Virus record (IMG/VR): IMGVR_UViG_3300020203_000404
Location: 32,001-96,000 of that record
Source of the DNA: a virus
DNA: 64,000 nt
Strand: one strand, 5' to 3'
How positions within the stretch are numbered: position 1 is the stretch's first letter; each line of letters opens with the position of its first letter. A program made the position numbers and the translations under genes. Below, piece by piece: positions 8,854 to 17,600 of the stretch. The notes below the pieces were generated by a model. It saw only the letters and a program-made list of their open reading frames with translations, did not search any database and was not told the DNA's origin.

Positions 8854-9879
8854 ATGGGACTTGAGTATAAATTACGAAGTCTTTTGAAGCTCAATCTCAA
8901 ATTGTTCTTGGATATGCATTTTCTGAGAGAATCTTCTTTCATTAATGTAGCATCTGGTCAATTATTTTATGATAATTCCGATATGAGCGTTCTGCTGCCT
9001 GACACTACAGCAAATGACACGTTATTTGGTCTGTCAGATGGACAAGTATGGCAATCGCCATTCAGACAATTTGTCTACGAATCTGGCGTTCCTCTTGACG
9101 GTACGAATGTTGGCACTTCTCCCGTAGTTGTTTCCGGCGTCTATATTGAGGGTGCTTTTAGACGAACGAACGATCCTCAATTTGGCCATACAATCGACTT
9201 TATCAATGGTCGCGTGATCTTCAATTCGCCGCAGTCTCTTAATTTACAAGTCAATGCAGAATATTCCGCACGTCAAGTACGCGTCGGTTTTGAGCATGAC
9301 TTCAATCAACAGTTCAGCAAAGGATATCTTGAAAGCAAGTACGGTACGAATCCATTAACGTCAATGCAACTAGTGTATCCTTCTGGAATATTCCAACCAT
9401 TTCCAGCCGTCTTCATTGAAGTAGACAATCGTACAATGACGCCGTACGAGCTTGGTAACCGCAGTGCTATTATCAAGGACAAGGTTATTCTGCATATCTG
9501 GGCATTGGATGATTTGCAACGAGATAATATCGTAGATATCTTGACTTCGCAGTGGCGTAAGGCCATTCCGATAATCAACTTCAACCGTGCTCCATTACCG
9601 CTCTCAGGGATTTACAACACTCTATCTCCTGAGTATGTGCCATATCAGGAAATGCTCAGAAATAACAAGTTAATTACTACTGTTGGTTCTGGCGTGCCAG
9701 TTATTTATACTGCCTATATCACCGATATTGAAGCCAACAACATTAATGTGGCTCAAGAGTACGAACGTGCTATTGTAACGTACGAAATTGACGTGTACTT
9801 GAATGCCCCAACCACGCCCCTAGGTAGTTACTTTGGGCCTATTTCGACGATCCCGACCATTGAAGGGCCGATCTTCTAG
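8854..9879 (+). CDS. Virion neck/tail-terminator-like protein
   Basis: FPAVFIE...LHIWA motif; immediately upstream of the tail gene. Confidence 0.5.
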   Translation: MGLEYKLRSLLKLNLKLFLDMHFLRESSFINVASGQLFYDNSDMSVLLPDTTANDTLFGLSDGQVWQSPFRQFVYESGVPLDGTNVGTSPVVVSGVYIEGAFRRTNDPQFGHTIDFINGRVIFNSPQSLNLQVNAEYSARQVRVGFEHDFNQQFSKGYLESKYGTNPLTSMQLVYPSGIFQPFPAVFIEVDNRTMTPYELGNRSAIIKDKVILHIWALDDLQRDNIVDILTSQWRKAIPIINFNRAPLPLSGIYNTLSPEYVPYQEMLRNNKLITTVGSGVPVIYTAYITDIEANNINVAQEYERAIVTYEIDVYLNAPTTPLGSYFGPISTIPTIEGPIF

Positions 9880-9890
9880 TTTAGTGTAAT
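9880..9890 (+). promoter_or_regulatory. Candidate late-promoter motif TTTAGTGTAAT
   Basis: Intergenic, upstream of the major tail gene. Confidence 0.55.
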
Positions 9891-9972
9891 CTACTGATGA
9901 GAAAGCGACTAAGGTACCACTGTCGCTAATCGTAACTTTGCAAAGTACCCTATACGTAGGGAGGAATGAAAC

Positions 9973-11379
9973 ATGACGAACAACAGAGTCTTCTGGGCAA
10001 TTGAGCAGCTTGCTTTAAAGGCAAACTCTTCACCCGCTACAAGCGGCGTGGCTGCTTTTAATGCCCGTAACTATGCTACAGGTGCTCTTGCATCGGGCAT
10101 AAACGAAGTGGGAGCACTATGGGAAGTGCCCCGTGGCGTACAAAGTGCCGGTATGAGCACGAAGTTTAATCTACAACAGGTTTTCCAAATTGGTCAGATT
10201 GAGCTTTACGAATATTCAGAACGTCAACCTGACATCGAAATGACAATTTCGAAGTGTGTTGATGGAACTAAGCCGTTGTTCTTGATGGTGACTGATCCGG
10301 CTGGCACGGACATCACTTCTAAGACGGCGAACTTCCGTGTTGACGTTGCCTTCCAAATTTTCCCAGATACGAAGTTCCGTGCAACTGGTAAGCCTGTGTC
10401 GATTTGCACTGGCTCTGGTATGTATCTGTCGAGCATCTCGTACACCTATCCGATTGATGGCTTCGTAACAGAAGACATCACGTTGGTTGGCAACGATAAG
10501 ATTTGGGGATCTTTCATCAACGTATCTGGCGTCACTGCCGGTAACGGCGGAACAGAATCACTTCTTTTGTTCCCGACTCCTGGCTTCAACGGCAACGTAG
10601 ATCCGAATGCCCCCGCTGGCGGACCCTCTGGTGTCTTTGGTCACGACGGTAACACGTCCCCACTTCTTGAGGGTGGAGCGTTTGAAACTGCCGGTGGTGC
10701 TGACAGATTCGGTGTTATTGTGGTTGGTTCTGGTGTAGCTCGTCGTGAAGAAGTGGACATCAGTCACTCGATCTTGCCGCGAGACATTCCGGGTATCATC
10801 ACGCCTAATATTTCGGGTATCAATGCTGCATATGTCAATGGTGGCTTTGGTTCTCAGGGGCCTGGAACTGCTTCTAACTTCACTCAGTTGATTACTAACG
10901 CGAATACGGATTACATTGCGGAACACATTCAGACGATCACCGTGTCCTTCTCGATTGCCCGCAAGGACATTTTCGAGCTTGGTAGCAAGCGTCCGTTCGT
11001 GAAAGTGCCGGAATATCCTCTCGAAGCAACGGCCAGCATCGCCGTTATCACCGCTCAGGGTGACCTAGTGGATGCAACGTCGCAGATCGACTGCGGGCCT
11101 GATAACACAAGAGAAAGCAACACAATCATCATCCGTACTTGCGACGGTCTCCAGGTTGACCTGGGTGACTCGAACCGCTTGACGGGCGTTGAGGTTGCTG
11201 GTGGCGAAGCTGGTGGTGACAACATGACTGTCACGTACAACTACTCAAGCTTCAACAACTTCTACGTGTCGCATGACTTCTTCCAGCCGAACCACCGCGT
11301 GGTGATCTTCGGAACGGGCAGAAGTCGCTTCAACGTAGGCAAGCCGCCGTTCTTGAGAAGCGACATCGGTCTCTTCTGA
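9973..11379 (+). CDS. Major tail (tube-like) structural protein
   Basis: Strong RBS GGAGG; MCP-like codon bias; internal duplicated motif (QVFQIGQ / DIFELGS); own terminator; upstream of the tape measure gene. Confidence 0.65.
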   Translation: MTNNRVFWAIEQLALKANSSPATSGVAAFNARNYATGALASGINEVGALWEVPRGVQSAGMSTKFNLQQVFQIGQIELYEYSERQPDIEMTISKCVDGTKPLFLMVTDPAGTDITSKTANFRVDVAFQIFPDTKFRATGKPVSICTGSGMYLSSISYTYPIDGFVTEDITLVGNDKIWGSFINVSGVTAGNGGTESLLLFPTPGFNGNVDPNAPAGGPSGVFGHDGNTSPLLEGGAFETAGGADRFGVIVVGSGVARREEVDISHSILPRDIPGIITPNISGINAAYVNGGFGSQGPGTASNFTQLITNANTDYIAEHIQTITVSFSIARKDIFELGSKRPFVKVPEYPLEATASIAVITAQGDLVDATSQIDCGPDNTRESNTIIIRTCDGLQVDLGDSNRLTGVEVAGGEAGGDNMTVTYNYSSFNNFYVSHDFFQPNHRVVIFGTGRSRFNVGKPPFLRSDIGLF

Positions 11380-11384
11380 TATCC

Positions 11385-11436
11385 GTTGGTGGGCCGTGAT
11401 AGGAGCAGGGGGTAAGGTCTGTCACGGTCCACTGAC
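11385..11436 (+). other. 19-bp RNA stem-loop with G-U wobble pairs in the 3' UTR of the tail gene
   Basis: GTTGGTGGGCCGTGATAGG pairs with TCTGTCACGGTCCACTGAC; 14-nt purine-rich loop. Confidence 0.6.
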
Positions 11437-11496
11437 TTACAATTTGATCAAGGTGCAAGGCTCCCGCTAGGCGGGTGGTTTAGGAATGGAGAACAT

Positions 11497-11524
11497 GGGA
11501 TGCACCAAAAGTGCGTCCCTTTTT
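11497..11524 (+). terminator. Rho-independent terminator
   Basis: GGGATGCAC-CAAAA-GTGCGTCCC-TTTTT. Confidence 0.75.
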
Positions 11525-11527
11525 CGT

Positions 11528-12721
11528 ATGTCGGTACAGGAAAAAATTCAGCAGATTCTTTGGGATAAACGCTATTTGTGTATTCCCGAAGAATATACTC
11601 AGTCGGGCATTGAATATGTTCTAATCAAGGACATGACGATAGAGGATCGCAACATCTATGCTTTCGTGCAGCGTCGCGAATTAGCATTAGCTCGTAAGCA
11701 GGGTGTCCAGACGGAAGTCGAACTATTATCTGCTGCAAAGGTCGTTGGACTATGGACTGCGGAAGATGATCTCGTGATCGCCAAAGCGGATGAGCACATC
11801 GAGTTTCTTGAGGCCGAAAAAAAGGCACAACGATTCTTAGCACGTAAAAAATCCCTCCAAGTCCAGATTGACGCTACGCTCGAAAAGAAACGAGTCACGC
11901 AATCTAAGCGTAACGAGTACTTCATTAATAGTGCGGAGTACTATGCGAGCGAGATAGCCGCCAACACTCTTGTGCGTCGTGTCGCCCATAACTTAGATGG
12001 CACGGTACTGTGGCCCACAGACGCATCTTTCCTCTTTTCAAAGCAACATCATCCTAGCTTTGTTATTTATATCACGAATGCAGTACTGTCCGAAGGCATT
12101 CTGCCTATCGACGAAATTCGTGAAGTTGCTCGTTATCCAGAGTGGCGTTTAACGTGGGTCTTGCAGCGTGAAAACTTACATGCTGTTTTTAATCGCTCTG
12201 TTGGTGACTTGACTATCAATCAAAAACTCCTTATTTATTGGAGTCGCATTTATGATTCTGCATTCGAATCTGCTGAGCCCCCCTCATCAGACATTGTAAA
12301 TGATGATGACAAATTTGATGCATGGCTAGCTAATCGTGAACTTGCCAGTAAAGAGTCGCATGACACAAAGCGTCTTGGAGCGAAAGATCATAATGAGAGA
12401 ATGCAGGTACTTGATGGCGAATACAGTCAAACCTGTAATTGTGGTGCGAAAGCCAAGAACGTTGGCAAGGGACTTGGTGAGCGTACACAACATAGTGTGG
12501 CTTGTCCATGGGGTACATTCCGTCGATACACAGTACAAGAACGTGAACAGATTGCACGACAAATCTATTCCCGTAATTCAGATCGCGTGAGAACTATTAT
12601 TGAGAATGAACAACAGACCGTGATTGCTAAGGGTGAAGTTGAAGAACATCATCTACGTGGTACAAAGACACGCCACATGTTAGGCATGAAAACGGACATA
12701 GTGTCTATGCATAAAAAATGA
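11528..12721 (+). CDS. Helical protein, possible tail assembly chaperone (paralog of 13269..14015)
   Basis: Between tail and tape measure genes; start may be 11486 or 11528. Confidence 0.55.
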   Translation: MSVQEKIQQILWDKRYLCIPEEYTQSGIEYVLIKDMTIEDRNIYAFVQRRELALARKQGVQTEVELLSAAKVVGLWTAEDDLVIAKADEHIEFLEAEKKAQRFLARKKSLQVQIDATLEKKRVTQSKRNEYFINSAEYYASEIAANTLVRRVAHNLDGTVLWPTDASFLFSKQHHPSFVIYITNAVLSEGILPIDEIREVARYPEWRLTWVLQRENLHAVFNRSVGDLTINQKLLIYWSRIYDSAFESAEPPSSDIVNDDDKFDAWLANRELASKESHDTKRLGAKDHNERMQVLDGEYSQTCNCGAKAKNVGKGLGERTQHSVACPWGTFRRYTVQEREQIARQIYSRNSDRVRTIIENEQQTVIAKGEVEEHHLRGTKTRHMLGMKTDIVSMHKK

Positions 12722-13272
12722 AAAAGCAAAATCAATCACTAGATCAGTTAAGTAAAAGTCTAGATCGTAGATCTCGTCACTTGATGGTGCAGACCTTACA
12801 GAGATTTGAAGACTCTTTTCCAGACGTAGACAACACACGTCAAGGACAGGTTTTTAAAGCCGATCTTCGCAATATGTTTAATGATGTCATGCGTGCCCAA
12901 AGGGACGAATTAAACGATTATGAAGTTGAGTATCGTCCTCTACGAATGACAGATAATGGAACTTTAGCTATGACTCAATCTTTCATGCAGACGGTGCAGA
13001 AGGTTGAATTTGGCTCTAGAGGTTCTATACCATTCATGAAAATCTATTCTAGTACCGAGTACTCTCGTGTCTTAGACGCAATTCGTATCGAGTTTGATGC
13101 TGGCGTTCTACATTACAACACACCCCAAGAAGTGATATTAGAAGTCGTTGGTGCTCATGATTGCGTTAGTGTACTAAATGTCATGGACCGATACCGTCTT
13201 CATGAGAAGACGGGATTGATCTATCGTGAATGGCGGAGCAAGGTTGTTAAAGTATATCAGGAGCAAGGATGA
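12718..13272 (+). CDS. Hypothetical protein
   Basis: ATGA overlaps with both neighbours. Confidence 0.7.
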   Translation: MKKQNQSLDQLSKSLDRRSRHLMVQTLQRFEDSFPDVDNTRQGQVFKADLRNMFNDVMRAQRDELNDYEVEYRPLRMTDNGTLAMTQSFMQTVQKVEFGSRGSIPFMKIYSSTEYSRVLDAIRIEFDAGVLHYNTPQEVILEVVGAHDCVSVLNVMDRYRLHEKTGLIYREWRSKVVKVYQEQG

Positions 13273-14015
13273 TCACGGAGAGAGCATTTCGAGCGGTAGA
13301 CCGCTTTGGGGCACAAATGGACTTTACGGTCTCTACCCCCACACTAGCGATTGAAAATGAAGGCGATCGTCAGTATCGTATTGCCTATAGTCAATCTTTA
13401 ACACAAGGCGTCTTTCCACGCAACAAGATGCGTGAAGTGATGCGTTCACATGGTATGTGGACTGATGAAGATGACCGTGTTATGCGTGAAGAGGTAGCTA
13501 ACTTAGCTATTTTGCAAATGGAGCTTGAACAAGCTCAACTCAAAGGTAAGCACGAGCAATGTCTTGAAGCTGCAAAAAAGATGCGTAAGCATCGTTATCG
13601 CATGTGGGAACTTTTCATGATTCAGCAGAGCGTGTATATGAATTCTGCCGAAGGTATTGCCGAGCTTGTTAAAGCCGAAGCTATCATGGCGGCATGCACT
13701 ATGATTAAAGCTACTGGTCAACGTTATTGGGCAACGTACACTGACTTTGTTCGTGAACGTGACGAGAGCACACAATCAACTGTTTACATTAAAGCGGTAG
13801 AAGTACAGAATGGTCTATTGCTTGAAATGCGTGACACGATCGAAGAAGGTCATCCAGAGAACAGATATCTCAAGGACGCAAAACAAGCAATGTTTGATCG
13901 TGACATTGAGGAACGTGTAGAAGCAGAGCTTGCATCACGCAAGCAGAAGGCATTAGAGCAAGCCGATGACAATGGGACTGGATTGGACAATCGAGCTGAT
14001 CAACCCTCTGAATAA
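13269..14015 (+). CDS. Helical protein, possible tail assembly chaperone (paralog of 11528..12721)
   Basis: GMWTDEDD and YMNSAEGIA match GLWTAEDD and FINSAEYYA. Confidence 0.55.
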   Translation: MITERAFRAVDRFGAQMDFTVSTPTLAIENEGDRQYRIAYSQSLTQGVFPRNKMREVMRSHGMWTDEDDRVMREEVANLAILQMELEQAQLKGKHEQCLEAAKKMRKHRYRMWELFMIQQSVYMNSAEGIAELVKAEAIMAACTMIKATGQRYWATYTDFVRERDESTQSTVYIKAVEVQNGLLLEMRDTIEEGHPENRYLKDAKQAMFDRDIEERVEAELASRKQKALEQADDNGTGLDNRADQPSE

Positions 14016-14622
14016 GCTAACGATTCACGCCGATAGAGCGTGGGCACGCAGCATGCAAGAGATTGATCAGTGGATGCGAAGAGAACTTATTCCTGCCATG
14101 GTTTATGGTGGAATGGGTATCGTCGGCATTGCACAAACAGATTTCTATCGGTATGTTACTAGTGCTCGTGGCCTTAGTGAACTTGGTATCGAAGCGTCGG
14201 AACCGCCCAAGCTTTTGAGGGCTTATGCTACTACGGCTTTCAAAATAGTAGTAGGCAAAAATCAAATGATTTTACAGTTTGGTAATTATGCTAAACTGAA
14301 AGCCGCAACGCCACATCCAGCAAATGGTACTGGCAATCTTCATATCGACTCATGGTTAGAATGGGTTAAAGGCAAGGAAGTCAACAGAGGTTTTGTTCCG
14401 CGTTCCAAGCTTGATAAGAACGCATCGAAATCAATTCGTTTGGGAGAGCCGCTTGGTGGCCTAATGCTTCCTCGTGGAGCATATGGTAGCGTAGGGTTGT
14501 GGCGATTTCCAGCACAACTAAAAAGCTATGAACAACAATGGGTGACACAGAATATCGCCGTGATTCAAGAGTTGATCACTAAAAAGATGTTATCCGTCTT
14601 TATTACGAAGTTGGTGACGTAA
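13966..14622 (+). CDS. Hypothetical virion morphogenesis protein
   Basis: 218-aa ORF coupled to the tape measure start (TAATG). Confidence 0.65.
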   Translation: MTMGLDWTIELINPLNKLTIHADRAWARSMQEIDQWMRRELIPAMVYGGMGIVGIAQTDFYRYVTSARGLSELGIEASEPPKLLRAYATTAFKIVVGKNQMILQFGNYAKLKAATPHPANGTGNLHIDSWLEWVKGKEVNRGFVPRSKLDKNASKSIRLGEPLGGLMLPRGAYGSVGLWRFPAQLKSYEQQWVTQNIAVIQELITKKMLSVFITKLVT

Positions 14623-17600
14623 TGAGCAACAGACTAGAACTCGAAGCAATCTTAAAATTTGTTGGCGTTAAGATTAATGCCAATGTATTCAGTAACATTA
14701 GTCGTGCGGCTGCCGGTATGCCTGGGCCTGTACAGCAATTCAATCGTAACTTACATCAGAGCGTTGATGCCGCCAATAATGTTAATCGTTCTATTCGTGG
14801 CGTTAATTCTCAGTTGAGTGGTAGTGAAAAAGCGGCTCGTTTGTTCCTTCAGCGTATGGCTCAGTTTGCTATTCTGTTGCCGACGTTCGCCACTTTAAAT
14901 AAGAGTATTCAGGGTGGTGTGCAGTTCTTATTTGAATTTGATGCAATCATCAAGGATATCATTCGTACCGATATTGGTTCGATGACTGGTAAGTTTGATG
15001 AGATTGCTAAAAGTGCTTTTGCATTGTCTAAAGAATTTGGAAGTAGTGCGATTGTCGCGGCAGAAACAATCAAGACATATGTGCAGGCTGGTAATAGTCT
15101 AAAAGAAGCTAATGAGTTAGCTCGTTTGTCAATTCTTGCTACAAAAGCATCTACCCTAGACGCTGCTCAAGCTGTTGAGTTTTTACTTTCTGCTAGTAAG
15201 CAGTTCGGACTTGAGGGTGAAGCTCTCGCTAATTCTCTTGACGCTCTTGTAAAAGCGGAAGACTTGACCGCTCTTGAAGCTCGTGATATTGCCGACGCTT
15301 TTAAAACTGGCGGTAACTCTCTTGCTGTATTTGGCAAGGATATTAATGACTCAATCGGTTTGATTTCTGCTTTGCGTGAACAAACACGTAAGTCAGGTAA
15401 TGAAATTGGTACGTTCTTTAAGACGTTACAGACACGTATCTTTGCTGCTGGCGAATCACGTTCGGCAGTTGAAGGTCTTCGCGTCTCTGTTCAAAATTTT
15501 GATGGTACTCTACGTCCCACGCTTGCTGTTTTGAATGATTTGAAGAAGGCATTTTTTGGCGTAGAGGGCGGTGCCAAGGGATTATCTGAGGCAGAACAAG
15601 CTAATGCGGCTAAGGCTATTGCTGGCGTACGTCAGTTTGAAGAATTGATTGGTACTCTAAAGTCTCTTGATCGTGCTAATGAGATTGCTGCCGAATCGGC
15701 TAATGCGGCAGGTGCAGCACGTCAAAAGGAAGCGGTTGATGCAACCAAGCTTCAACGTCGCTTGGACGAATTGATTGCTGCTGGACAAGAATTGGCACAG
15801 TCTCTTGGTAATGCGGGTTCTACTGATTTTTTCAAGAATTCTTTAAAGGGCGTGACCAGCCTTGTGGAAGGTATAACCGAGATTGTTAATCTTCTTGATA
15901 AATTCAAAGTTCCCATCTTGCCGATTTTAGCTCCTCTTGCTATCAAAGGTCTTGATACCGTTTTTGGTCTTGGGTTGATGGGTGGTGGCAAGGGTGGCAA
16001 GGGTGGAAGTCCTGGTGGACGCGGAGGCGGAGGCGGAGGAGGTCCGCCTGGATTAAACACTGCTGATCTTGCTGCCAATACTGCTGCATTAAGGCAGTTA
16101 ACTGGCGTGATTTCAGAGCTTGTGCAACATATTAAAATGGCATCTGGTGCCTACAGCAATCAAGCAGCCGCATCGCAGTTGGCTATTGCGGCAACCAATG
16201 TACAAACAAAGACCATGGAGGTGCAAGCCGGAGTCACACGAGAAGCGACATCTGCTACGCAATCGTTTACGCAACGCATGAAGGCGGCTTTCACCACTCG
16301 GATTGGCGGCGGTACAGGCAGGAGCATTAGAGGTACTGATAGCGTCAAAAATTTTGCCATTTTTGCTGGGTTGACGATTGCCGGTTCGGCAGTTACGTCC
16401 GGTCTTAATCATCTTGCTGATAACCTTGGATCACGAAGTCCTGTTGCTTCGTCATTAACTAAAACAACAAGTGCTGCTGCACAAATGGGAATTCAATTTG
16501 CTGCCTTCGGACCACTAGCCGCTGGAGTTGCGGCTGCGTTTGGAGCACTTATTGACGTTGGATTGCGTTTTGCTGATAATATTGGAGATATGAACGACGC
16601 CTCTAAAGAGAACCTTCAGCTAAGGGTAGATAGTGTTAAAGAGACTGCTGGTCTCAAGACGGTTGGTAGATCTTCGGAAGCTACTGCCGCATTCGGCAAT
16701 GCATTGGAAGGTCGAGCTAAGCAAAACATTAACTACTCTCAAGCTTTCAAGTTAATATTTGATAGTATGGATACTGGTACAAAGAAGCTGATTGGTAGTT
16801 CGGCTGCACTTAAAGAAGTGTATTTGACGAATAGTCGTGTTATCAATACAACAGTAACAGATTCATTTACTGGTGCTTCAAAGGTCGTTTCAAGTTACGT
16901 TAAGGGTGCTGGTGCCGATCTAATTAAGCAGTGGGCTTTTCAAGAAAGCGGAGCTATTCAGAATCAAGAAGCTCTTGATCTATTGCGTGCATCGTATGAT
17001 TCAACTGGTAATAGTACATTAGTTTATCGTGATCAGCAAGACCTGATTGAACAAGCTTATGGTAGACTGGCCGTCGGTGCTGCTGAGGCCGCTAAGCAAG
17101 TTGAATTTTTAAGATTAACGTTTGAAGATATGAAGGATCTGCAAAGTCTTATCGCGTCTGCTCAAGACGTGAATTCTATTAATCGTGACATTTTGAATCA
17201 ATCAAAGAAGCCAGAAGACTTGGCACAGGGTATTGACGAACTATCTCAGACATCTAAAAACGCCACGTCAGATCTGGCCAATGCTCAAAAGGCTTTTGAA
17301 GATCTACTATCTACATTACAAGTTGCTGGTGCCGACATATCACAATTAGGTGCTTTTTCAAGCATGGAAGAGACCAAAAAGTTTATCGGTGACATTGGTG
17401 CATTACTTTCAAAGCCCAATAATGGTGCTGCAATCGCAAGTTTTCTTGGCGATAAAGACATGACGGACTCGCAGAAGAATTTTGCAAAAGAGTATATCAA
17501 TATTGAAAAAGATCGCATTAAGGCTACTTTGACAGCCAAAGAAGCTGAGGCTGCCTTTAGCAGCGAAGCATATAAGCGTAATCTAGAAGAGACAAGGGCT

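Noticed and set aside
9894-9930. Hammerhead-like words CTGATGA-GAAA followed by a stem and TA
   Set aside because: No stem II between CUGAUGA and GAAA, and no stem I pairing; not a viable hammerhead
12712-12730. A-runs at the 12718 gene junction as a programmed tail-chaperone frameshift
   Set aside because: Explained by Lys codons and an ordinary ATGA overlap; no supporting downstream structure seen
15980-16050. Gly-rich GGCGGA/GGTGGC run in the tape measure gene
   Set aside because: Low-complexity in-frame linker, common in tape measure proteins
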